The notes beneath the pieces were generated by a model, which was not told where the DNA came from, did no database searches, and was given only the letters and a program-made list of their open reading frames with translations. This document shows positions 37,885 to 45,924 of a DNA stretch of 64,000 nucleotides, one piece after another. Numbering within the stretch: the stretch's first letter is position 1; the number at the start of each line of letters is the position of its first letter. The stretch covers positions 24,957 to 88,956 of the forward strand of contig CALRFF010000001.1 in the NCBI GenBank assembly GCA_943356495.1. The letters run 5' to 3'. A program made the translations under genes and the position numbers. Source of the stretch: Candidatus Nomurabacteria bacterium. GTDB lineage: Bacteria > Patescibacteriota > Minisyncoccia > Phycocordibacterales > SBAW01.

Positions 37885-37918
37885 CAAAAAAACGCCGGAG
37901 TCAAATCCGGCGTTTTTT
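37885..37918. terminator. terminator hairpin between rpsI and grpE
   Basis: CGCCGGA-gtcaaa-TCCGGCG flanked by A7 and T6. Confidence 0.55.
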
Positions 37919-37921
37919 ATT

Positions 37922-38335
37922 TTAGCGTTTAGACCACTGCTTGCGCTTGCGGGCCTTAACAAGCCCCGGCTTCTTGCGCTCTTTGGCGCGCGGGTCGCGC
38001 TTGAGGAAACCTTCTTTTTTAAGTGCGCCGCGCATCGTAATGTCATACTCGATAAGCGCGCGCGAGATAGCGTGGCGCAGAGCGACCGCTTGGCCTGCAA
38101 TGCCGCCGCCGGTAATAACCGCCGTTACCATAAACGGCGTGGCGGGAGTTACCTTAAGAAACGAGCTCAACGCCGTAACGCGCAGCTGCTCGGTCGCAAA
38201 GTAGTCGTTAGAGTCTTTGCCGTTAACCACCACGCTCATACGGGCGGCCGGCGTCAGACGCACGCGCGCAGACGCCGTCTTGCGGCGGCCCGTAGCAGCG
38301 ATGTAACGCTCGTCTTTTTTAGTAGTGGTAGCCAT
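37922..38335 (-). CDS. rpsI: 30S ribosomal protein S9
   Basis: ATGRRKTASARV...KARKRKQWSKR is canonical S9. Confidence 0.9.
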   Translation of the reverse strand: MATTTKKDERYIAATGRRKTASARVRLTPAARMSVVVNGKDSNDYFATEQLRVTALSSFLKVTPATPFMVTAVITGGGIAGQAVALRHAISRALIEYDITMRGALKKEGFLKRDPRAKERKKPGLVKARKRKQWSKR

Positions 38336-38339
38336 ATAC

Positions 38340-38681
38340 TTATTCTTCAATAGTCAAAAGTTTAATGCGTGGGGTCTGGAGCTTGTTCTTGGGTAGCATG
38401 CGCAGTACGGCGCGGCGGATAGCCTCCTTCTTGCCGCGGCGTGCAGTCAGCTGGTCAAAGGTCTCAATTTTTTGGCCGCCCGGATAGCCCGAGTAGCGCA
38501 CGTACTCCATAGCCTTTTCCTTGTTGCCGGTAACGCGGATCTTGTTTGCGTTAACAATCTTAACCTCGACTTTGGCAACCAAGTGCTTAACAAAGTCGGT
38601 ATTGTGTTTGCCGAGCAGAGCTTTAGCCGCAGCTGATGCTACGCGGCCGAGAGACTTGTCCTGTGCGTCGATAGTAATCAT
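38340..38681 (-). CDS. rplM: 50S ribosomal protein L13
   Basis: L13 pattern (KSLGRVAS..KHNTDFVKHL..KIRVTGNKEK...). Confidence 0.85.
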   Translation of the reverse strand: MITIDAQDKSLGRVASAAAKALLGKHNTDFVKHLVAKVEVKIVNANKIRVTGNKEKAMEYVRYSGYPGGQKIETFDQLTARRGKKEAIRRAVLRMLPKNKLQTPRIKLLTIEE

Positions 38682-38685
38682 ATAA

Positions 38686-39033
38686 TTATACGAATTCGAT
38701 TATGGCCATTTCTGCGGCATCGCCTTTGCGCGGTCCCATCTTAACGATGCGCAGGTAGCCGCCGGTGCGGCCGTCGTAGGTTTTGGCGGTGGAGATAAGC
38801 TTGGTTACCGCTTTTTCATCGCCCAAAGTCGAAATAAGCAGGCGGCGGTTGCTCAGCGTATCGGTGCGGCCGCGGGTTATCAACTTTTCTACATACGGGC
38901 GGATTTCTTTTGCCTTGGCAATCGTGGTCTGGATCTTGCCGCGCAGCACCAACGAGCGCGCCAAAGACTTCAAGAGCGCCTTGCGCTGCCCCCTTTCGCG
39001 ACCAAATTTACGATTTACATTACCGTGACGCAT
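38686..39033 (-). CDS. rplQ: 50S ribosomal protein L17
   Basis: MRHGNVNRKFGRERGQRKALLKSLARSL is canonical L17. Confidence 0.9.
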   Translation of the reverse strand: MRHGNVNRKFGRERGQRKALLKSLARSLVLRGKIQTTIAKAKEIRPYVEKLITRGRTDTLSNRRLLISTLGDEKAVTKLISTAKTYDGRTGGYLRIVKMGPRKGDAAEMAIIEFV

Positions 39034-39038
39034 ATAGT

Positions 39039-39992
39039 TTATTTAAGGACGATCCCGAAGGCGCCGAGCGCGCGCTTGATCTCTTGTATTGCCTTCGGCC
39101 CCAAGCCCTCTATCTCAAGCAGGTCCTGCTCTTTTTTGCGGGCAAGGCCGCCGACGGTGCGGATGTTGGCCTTTTCGAGCGCAGAGACCGTGCGGCTGCC
39201 GAGCTCGAGGTCCTCGATGCGGGTCTTGAGCGCCTCGGAAGCGTTTTCCGACGATGCCGGCGCGGCCGAGTCACCCGCCGGTTCCTCAGAAGCAATAGCC
39301 TCTTCGCGGAAGCCGACAATGGCTTTAAGCTGCGTAATCATAATTTCGATAGCCTGCTCGAGCGCCGCACGGCTACCCAAGGTGCCGTCGGTCTCGATAG
39401 AGACGCGCAGACGGTTAAAGTCGGTGCGGTCGCCGACGCGCATGTTTTCTACCTCGTAGTTAACGCGGCGAATAGGGCTAAAGATAGCGTCGACGGAAAT
39501 TTCGCCGATATCAACGCGCTCCTTCTTCAATGCCTCGCGCGGTACGTAGCCAAGCCCGCGCTCTACGCGAAACTCGGCGTTAAGGCCGTTTTTGTCGGTA
39601 ACTTCGCAGATGTAGGAGTTGGGGTTAAGCAAACGGACTTGACCGGGCAACTCCAAGTCGGCGCCGGAGACCTTTTGTGCACCTTTGATGTTAAGCGTGA
39701 CCGTTTGCGGTTCGCTGGTAAGCACCTCGAAGCGGAGCTTTTTAAGGTTAAGCAACATAGTGACCACGTCCTCGCGTACGCCCGCGAGCGTGGAGAATTC
39801 ATGCTCGACACCGTCGATTTTAACCGAGGTGATAGCCGCGCCCGGAAGCGAGGAAAGGATAATGCGGCGCAAGCTGTTACCCAGCGTGTGCCCGTAGCCC
39901 GGGTACAGACCGTCTATTTCATAGACGCCCTCTGTCCCTTCCTCTGAAACTACACGAGGCTTGCTCGGCAGTGTTATAGAATATTCCATCAT
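39039..39992 (-). CDS. rpoA: DNA-directed RNA polymerase subunit alpha
   Basis: N-terminal dimerisation domain ([22 protein letters not shown]) and C-terminal HhH alpha-CTD. Confidence 0.95.
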   Translation of the reverse strand: [317 protein letters not shown]

Positions 39993-40051
39993 AACTCAAT
40001 CGTGATTCTTAATAATTCTTTTTAATTGGCCAAATTTCGACAAAATTTGGC

Positions 40052-40666
40052 TTACCGACTGTAGAACTGAATGATAACCGGCGCATTAAACGGCGCTTCG
40101 GTGTCAGAAAGGGTGGGTGCCTCGGCTAGCGTAGCCTCAAATCCGTTGTCGCCCATGGTAATCCAAGACGGCGTCTTGGTCTCGGCGGCCATCTCGGCAC
40201 GGGTCGCAAACAGGGGGCTGGTGCGGCTCTCGGCACGGATAGCGACCGCCTCGCCCGCCTTAACCTGGTAGGACGGTACGTTCATGCGCTTGCCGTTAAC
40301 AATAACGTGGCCGTGCGACACCAGTTGGCGGGCGGCGCGGCGGGTCTTAACAAACCCCGCGCGGAAGACGACGTTGTCGAGGCGCGCCTCAAGACGTGAA
40401 AGGAGGCCTGAGACCGCGGTCTGACCCTTCTTTTCCATAGCCTCGTGCACGTAGCGGCTGAACTGGCTTTCAGAAAGACCGTAGGTAAAGCGCGCCTTCT
40501 GCTTTTCGAGCAGCTGTGCGCCAAAGTCGCTGCCGCCGCCGCGTTTTCCGCGGCTTTGCTTGCGCGGCTTGTTAGCCTCGGAAAGCTGAAACTTCTGCGT
40601 CTGGCACTTTTCAAAAACGCTCGCACCCAAGCGCTTACAAATTTTATATTTTGGTCCGATTATCAT
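40052..40666 (-). CDS. rpsD: 30S ribosomal protein S4
   Basis: S4 N-terminal region and S4 RNA-binding domain (RLDNVVFRAGFVKTRRAARQLVSHGHV). Confidence 0.9.
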   Translation of the reverse strand: MIIGPKYKICKRLGASVFEKCQTQKFQLSEANKPRKQSRGKRGGGSDFGAQLLEKQKARFTYGLSESQFSRYVHEAMEKKGQTAVSGLLSRLEARLDNVVFRAGFVKTRRAARQLVSHGHVIVNGKRMNVPSYQVKAGEAVAIRAESRTSPLFATRAEMAAETKTPSWITMGDNGFEATLAEAPTLSDTEAPFNAPVIIQFYSR

Positions 40667-40672
40667 AGTGGT

Positions 40673-41083
40673 TTATATGCGACGTGCTTTAGGCGGGCGT
40701 GGGCCGTTGTGCGGCACCGGGGTGTTGTCCTTAATGCCCGTAATATGGATACCTTTGGTGGCAAACGCGCGTATAGAGCTCTCGCGGCCGGCACCGACGC
40801 CGGAGACGACCACCGACACCTCTTTGCAGCCCATGTTGCCGGCACGCTCGCCGATAAGCTCGCCTACCTTGGCGGCCGCAAACGGGGTGCCCTTTTTAGC
40901 ACCGCTAAAGCCCAGACTGCCGGAAGAAGACCATGTAACCACGTTGCCCGAGGTGTCCGCAAGGGAAACCTTGGTGTTGTTGTAGGTGGCCTCTACATAC
41001 AAGGTACCCGCGTCGAGCTTGCGCTTAGTGCGGGTTGAAGTTGCTGCAGACTCGTCTTTTTTAATTGTTTTCTTAGTTGCCAT
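40673..41083 (-). CDS. rpsK: 30S ribosomal protein S11
   Basis: Canonical S11 (GTPFAAAKVGELIGERA...KDNTPVPHNGPRPPKARRI). Confidence 0.9.
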   Translation of the reverse strand: MATKKTIKKDESAATSTRTKRKLDAGTLYVEATYNNTKVSLADTSGNVVTWSSSGSLGFSGAKKGTPFAAAKVGELIGERAGNMGCKEVSVVVSGVGAGRESSIRAFATKGIHITGIKDNTPVPHNGPRPPKARRI

Positions 41084-41090
41084 ACATCAA

Positions 41091-41468
41091 TTAGGTTTTG
41101 CTTTCCTTGCGACGACCCGAACCCATGGTCTTGCGGACGTTGCCGCGTACCGTGCGGGAGTTGGTCTTGGTGCGCTGACCGCGGGCCGGAAGTTTTTTAG
41201 CATGGCGGGAGCCGCGGTACGCGCCGATGTCCTTAAGGCGCTTGATGTTGCCGGACACTTCACGCTTAAGGTCGCCCTCGAGTTTTAGGCCTTCGAGCTG
41301 TTTGCGGATAGCGTTCTCTTCCTCGGCGGTCAAGTCGTCCGCTTTTTTTGAAAGGTCAATTTTGGCGGCGGTCAAAATTTTAAGCGCGCGGGCAGGCCCG
41401 ATGCCGTAGAGCGCCGTAAGAGCGAAGGGAACACGTTTATTGGGGATAGTAATACCTGAAATACGCAT
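41091..41468 (-). CDS. rpsM: 30S ribosomal protein S13
   Basis: MRISGITIPNKRVPFALTALYGIG is canonical S13. Confidence 0.9.
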   Translation of the reverse strand: MRISGITIPNKRVPFALTALYGIGPARALKILTAAKIDLSKKADDLTAEEENAIRKQLEGLKLEGDLKREVSGNIKRLKDIGAYRGSRHAKKLPARGQRTKTNSRTVRGNVRKTMGSGRRKESKT

Positions 41469-41483
41469 ACAAAAATATCTACC

Positions 41484-41597
41484 TTAGCCTTGGCGCTGCT
41501 TGTGGCGCGGGTTAACGCACACTACGTAAATCCGCCCTTTGCGGCGGACCAACTTACAAGTAGCACAGCGGGTGTGTATAGAGGATTTGATCTTCAT
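41484..41597 (-). CDS. rpmJ: 50S ribosomal protein L36
   Basis: 37-aa [40 protein letters not shown] with the C-x2-C-x12-C-x4-H zinc ribbon. Below the track cutoff. Confidence 0.85.
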   Translation of the reverse strand: MKIKSSIHTRCATCKLVRRKGRIYVVCVNPRHKQRQG

Positions 41598-41602
41598 CTG
41601 AC

Positions 41603-41815
41603 CTAGAGTCTTCGGGTGATGCGCGCTTTGCCGCCGTACGGATCAAGTTTAAGAAGCACCTTGTCCCCTACGAGCACTTTAATGCGGTGGAGCCGCATTT
41701 TGCCTGCGAGGTACGACAACACCAGTTCGCCGTTATCCAAAGACACTTTGAATAACGTGTTAGGCAGGGCCTCTTCTACGACGCCCTGTATTTCCGGTGC
41801 TTTCGTATCCATCAA
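41603..41815 (-). CDS. infA: translation initiation factor IF-1
   Basis: S1-like OB fold; [31 protein letters not shown] is canonical IF-1. Confidence 0.9.
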   Translation of the reverse strand: MMDTKAPEIQGVVEEALPNTLFKVSLDNGELVLSYLAGKMRLHRIKVLVGDKVLLKLDPYGGKARITRRL

Positions 41816-41910
41816 CTGACGACGCGTTCTATCTTAACCTACTCTTTTGATGGTGTCAAAGCCGACGCTTTTAGGTCGGCTCCCCGACCAAAAGCGTCGG
41901 GGCAAAGGCC

Positions 41911-43128
41911 TTATTTGGCCACTTTGACCGTTATTTTTTCGGGGTCTGAGGGGAACGTTGAGCTCCAAACCGGCCGCATAGTAGCCGCCACATTGACTAT
42001 CGCCGGTTCTAGTGACTTAGTGTAGGTCTCAAGTTCCGACTTTTTCATGCCTATTAGTGCGGTTTTAAGCGCCGCGCTGTCAAATAACCAGCTAAGTGTG
42101 GCAGTCCCCTTTAGCTGCAGCTGGAGCGTATTACCCTGCGGCGTGCTGCTGGCAGAAAGATTGATTGCCGAAGGGTCGGTAAATCCTACGGGTTCGCCTG
42201 TATATCCGGTGACAGTTTGTTTTGCTACGGCGCTTGCCAAGTCGTTCAAGCGGACGATTACGGCATTGGCGGTAGCGGTTTCTGAAAGTGATGCGGTGTC
42301 GCTGCTTGCCGGAGTCTGTAGCATCTCGCCGAAGGTTACGGTCAGCGTGCCTTCAACTAAAGCGTATCCTTCGGAGATGTTGCCGGTCAGTTGTGCGCGC
42401 AGCGAAGCTTCAAGCTGTTGTTCAAGCTGTTGCTTTGCTTTTTGTTTGTCGGCCGCAGCGACCGCGGGCTGGGTGCCGGTAAACCCGCCGGTTATAGGGC
42501 CTGAAGTAGCCGTTATTTTGGTGTAGCGGGGGTCGCCTTTAAACCCCGGGACTGTGTACTTAGTATCGCCGGTGCGGTTGTAGTCGGGGCCCGGATTGTC
42601 CGCGTACGCCATAGCCGAGGCTATCCCCGGTATTGCGCCTTTGCTCCCCGGTATTACTATCGAGTCGCGGATACGGTAAATTTTGCCGTCCGGCGCCTGA
42701 AAGCGCGTGTTTGCAATAATACGCTGCGGGTCGGCGCTGTAGGTGTTAGATATCGTTATAAGTCCGCTTGCTTGTTTAGAAACTTTTTCGGTACCTTTGG
42801 CTGCTACGGTAGTGGTCCCCGACTGACTAACGGCCAATGTTTGGTACGGCAAAGTTCCCACCGGACCGCTAAGTTGCGCGGGTATGGTAGCGGGCAGAGT
42901 TACCTCGGCCTGGCGCGGCGTTACCGTAACAGTCGCTCCCGCAAACACCGTTGACAATAGGGTGCCCAGCAGGGCGGCTATCACCGCCACAACCAGAGCC
43001 AGCAACCACACGCGCTTATTGCGTTTTGGTGCACGGCGACGCACCGGTGCCGCGGGTTCTTGCGGTAGGGAGTGCTCGTGCTTGCGGCGGACGGTAATAT
43101 TGCGGATAGAGCGGTCTTGGTTGGGCAT
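41911..43128 (-). CDS. hypothetical bitopic membrane protein (short cytoplasmic N-tail, one TM helix, ~340-aa extracytoplasmic domain; FtsQ/PilN-like topology)
   Basis: Start set at MPNQ, 5 nt after the stop of the upstream actin-fold gene. The basic N-tail is followed by a TM helix (VWLLALVVAVIAALLGTLLSTVF). No known motifs. Confidence 0.5.
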   Translation of the reverse strand: MPNQDRSIRNITVRRKHEHSLPQEPAAPVRRRAPKRNKRVWLLALVVAVIAALLGTLLSTVFAGATVTVTPRQAEVTLPATIPAQLSGPVGTLPYQTLAVSQSGTTTVAAKGTEKVSKQASGLITISNTYSADPQRIIANTRFQAPDGKIYRIRDSIVIPGSKGAIPGIASAMAYADNPGPDYNRTGDTKYTVPGFKGDPRYTKITATSGPITGGFTGTQPAVAAADKQKAKQQLEQQLEASLRAQLTGNISEGYALVEGTLTVTFGEMLQTPASSDTASLSETATANAVIVRLNDLASAVAKQTVTGYTGEPVGFTDPSAINLSASSTPQGNTLQLQLKGTATLSWLFDSAALKTALIGMKKSELETYTKSLEPAIVNVAATMRPVWSSTFPSDPEKITVKVAK

Positions 43129-43133
43129 AGGTT

Positions 43134-44066
43134 TTATTGAGTATAACGCAGGTACAGCGCATCGAGAACAAGGAACAGGTCTTGGCCGCCCGGAGAACCG
43201 AGATGTTTGTGGATCTGCGCCGGGCGCAAGGCGCGCACCACCCCGCCCTGGGGAAATAATTCCGACAAGTGCCGGTGGCTGAGCGCGCGGGCAAAGTATT
43301 CGCCCGCCGGCGAGACTACCCACACGCGGTCGGGCGCATAGGCGTCAAACAACTCTTTAGCGGCGCTTTTAAACTCTTTCGCGTAGTGCTCGCTCGAGGA
43401 GCCGAGCGGCCCTTCAGGATGTCGCAGATGCAAAGCCGAGCGCGCCTCGGCATCGGAAAGCCCGCCATGCGTTTTAAGCGTACGGAGGGGCAAGTTCATG
43501 CCGTGCGGGATAGTCGCGTGTCCCGCCACGACACCATTATGTACCAGCACCAGCTCGGTTATTTCGTGCGTCACAAGGCACAGTAAGTATTTATCTTCGT
43601 ACGGAGTGAGTGCCCGCATCCCTTGCGCGGCCGCTCCTGCATGGGTAAAAAACTGTGCAGGAGCATCAAAATACGGCGACGCCTCCTGCAGGAGTACTTC
43701 CTGCATGTGCGGCACAAAGTCGGGGGTGCCGTTGGCAAGATTGGGCTTGCCCCACGGCGGAGACATAAAGGTGGAGATGTTTGAGACAACACCCATGCTC
43801 GGGTTGCCGCCGTTGCGCAAACGCGCCGCAAGCTCGCTCATGCGCACCATAGCCTCCTGCAAAAGTTCTCGCGTCTCTGCCGCCAGCGACTCTGCGCCGC
43901 GATGCGGACGAATGGGCATATGCTTGCGGAATTCGCCTAACAGTTTAAGCGAGCCGTCCGGGCCAAGACGCGCCAAGGCAGAGCCGACGCTCCCCGACTC
44001 GATGTCGAGTATAAGCACGGTTTTGCCTTCTTTCTCTTGTATTTTTTTCCCGCGCCCAAAGAGCAT
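43134..44066 (-). CDS. ASKHA (actin-fold) ATPase, PilM/FtsA-like
   Basis: N-terminal phosphate-1 motif VLILDIESGSVGSAL typical of PilM/FtsA/CoaX-type actin-fold proteins. No family-specific motifs recognised. Confidence 0.45.
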   Translation of the reverse strand: MLFGRGKKIQEKEGKTVLILDIESGSVGSALARLGPDGSLKLLGEFRKHMPIRPHRGAESLAAETRELLQEAMVRMSELAARLRNGGNPSMGVVSNISTFMSPPWGKPNLANGTPDFVPHMQEVLLQEASPYFDAPAQFFTHAGAAAQGMRALTPYEDKYLLCLVTHEITELVLVHNGVVAGHATIPHGMNLPLRTLKTHGGLSDAEARSALHLRHPEGPLGSSSEHYAKEFKSAAKELFDAYAPDRVWVVSPAGEYFARALSHRHLSELFPQGGVVRALRPAQIHKHLGSPGGQDLFLVLDALYLRYTQ

Positions 44067-44070
44067 GCAG

Positions 44071-45885
44071 TTATTCTATCACTGCTTTTATGCGCCGTAC
44101 GCCTTGTGCCACCGCTTCTTCTTTTTGAATTTTAAAGACGCCTGCCTCGCCTATCTGCCCCGTGTGCTCGACATGCGGGCCGCCGCAAAACTCGATAGAA
44201 AATGCTTGGTCAAGCGGGCCTACCGAGTACACCGACACACGGTCGGGGTATTTGGCGCCAAACTCATGCTCGGCACCGAGCTTTTCGGCCTCTTCTTTAG
44301 GCATCAAGGTTTGCACAACGGCAATATCTTCTTTTATTTTTTCATTGACTATGCGCTCCACCTCGGCTTTTTGCTCCGGTGTCATCTTTTGGCCGTAGCT
44401 AAAGTCGATGCGCAGACGCTCTTGGGTAATATTGCTACCGCGCTGGTGTACTTCGGGGCCGAGCACTATCTGCAAAGCCTTTAACAGCAGGTGGTGTGCG
44501 GTGTGCAGGCGCGTTGTCTTTTCGCTCGTGTCAGCCAAGCCGCCTTTAAACTTTTGCTCGCTGCCCGCGCGGGAAAGCTCGGAATGCTTTTTTAGCAGTT
44601 CTTTAAACCCTTCAATATCTACCTGCTTAATCCCGCGCATACCCGCTTCTTCGATAATAAGCTCAAGTGGAAATCCGTAGGTAGTAAAAAGCTGAAACGC
44701 GTCCTCCCCGGTGATGGCGCCGTCGCCGGCGAAGCGCTCGAGCTCTTTAATACCGCGCTCAAGTGTTTTACGAAAACGCTCTTCTTCCTGCACCAACTCG
44801 AGCCGTATATTACCTTTGTGCTCTTCCAGCAACGGGTAGGCGTCTTTGTACTGGGCGACAATAGCCTCTACCAAGGCACCCAGCTCGCCCGGAGGTACGC
44901 GCAGCTGGTCGCAAAAGCGCACCGCGCGGCGGATAAGGCGACGTACCACATAGCCGCGCTCAACGGGTCCCGGTTTAACGCCGTCGCCTATAAGAAATAC
45001 GGCGGCTTTACTATGGTCGGCCACTATACGAAAGGCTTTGGTTATCTCTGCAGACTCCGCGTAGCGCTTGCCGCATACTTTTTCGAGATGCTTAATAACC
45101 GCGCCGTGATTAACCAAAAAGATATCGTTGTTATTTTGCGCGACCATGGCAATACGCTCAAGCCCGCCGCCGAAGTCGACGTTTTGTTTAGGCAACAGGC
45201 CGAAGGTACCGTCAGTGTTCTTTATATATTGCATAAAAACCGAGTTCCCAATCTCTAAAAACCGGCCGCAATCGCAGTTGGGGTGGCACGCCTCGCCGAA
45301 CTCCGGATTGTGCACGATGTCGGTAAACTCGTAGAAGATTTCCGAATCGGGGCCGCCGGGCTCGCCTGCGGGCATGTTTTCGGGGACGCCGGCGCGGCTC
45401 CACCAGTTTTTATTTGATCCGTAATAACAGATATGATCTTCGGGCATGCCTAGTTTTTTCCAAATCTCAAAGGACTCCGTGTCTTTGGGCAAATTAAGCG
45501 CCTCTTCGCCCGCAAAACAGGTGACCCACAAGCGCTCTTTGGGCAGGCCTACCTCTTTAGTTAAAAATTCGTAAACAAAAGAAAGCTGTTCTTGTTTAAA
45601 ATAATCACCCAAAGACCAATTGCCGAGCATTTCAAAAAAAGTGGTGTGGCGGTTGTCGCCGACCTCCTCAATATCCATCGAACGGAAGCATTTTTGCGAG
45701 TCTACAAGTCTGTTGCCGGAGGGATGGCTTTTGCCGAGCAGATACGGCACCAGCGGCTGCATACCCGAGCCGGTAAAGAGCGTGGTAGGGTCGTTTTCGG
45801 GCACCAAGGGCGAGCTGGGTAGCACCGTGTGCCCTTTGCTCACAAAGAAATCCAAATATTTCTGCCGAATTTCGCTAGCCTGCAT
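44071..45885 (-). CDS. alaS: alanine--tRNA ligase, compact form (no C-Ala domain)
   Basis: Class II AlaRS catalytic core (FTGSGMQP..., NWSLGDYFK), tRNA-recognition domain and editing-domain motifs HxxxH (HTAHHLL) and CGGPHV. Ends at 604 aa versus about 870 in typical bacteria. Confidence 0.85.
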   Translation of the reverse strand: MQASEIRQKYLDFFVSKGHTVLPSSPLVPENDPTTLFTGSGMQPLVPYLLGKSHPSGNRLVDSQKCFRSMDIEEVGDNRHTTFFEMLGNWSLGDYFKQEQLSFVYEFLTKEVGLPKERLWVTCFAGEEALNLPKDTESFEIWKKLGMPEDHICYYGSNKNWWSRAGVPENMPAGEPGGPDSEIFYEFTDIVHNPEFGEACHPNCDCGRFLEIGNSVFMQYIKNTDGTFGLLPKQNVDFGGGLERIAMVAQNNNDIFLVNHGAVIKHLEKVCGKRYAESAEITKAFRIVADHSKAAVFLIGDGVKPGPVERGYVVRRLIRRAVRFCDQLRVPPGELGALVEAIVAQYKDAYPLLEEHKGNIRLELVQEEERFRKTLERGIKELERFAGDGAITGEDAFQLFTTYGFPLELIIEEAGMRGIKQVDIEGFKELLKKHSELSRAGSEQKFKGGLADTSEKTTRLHTAHHLLLKALQIVLGPEVHQRGSNITQERLRIDFSYGQKMTPEQKAEVERIVNEKIKEDIAVVQTLMPKEEAEKLGAEHEFGAKYPDRVSVYSVGPLDQAFSIEFCGGPHVEHTGQIGEAGVFKIQKEEAVAQGVRRIKAVIE

Positions 45886-45924
45886 TGAGTCCTATCATAC
45901 CCAACTTCAGAGAATTTTGGTACC

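Noticed and set aside
37867-37921. CIRCE heat-shock operator upstream of grpE
   Set aside because: The TTAGCACTC-N9-GAGTGCTAA pattern was searched by eye and not found. Only the rpsI terminator hairpin is present.
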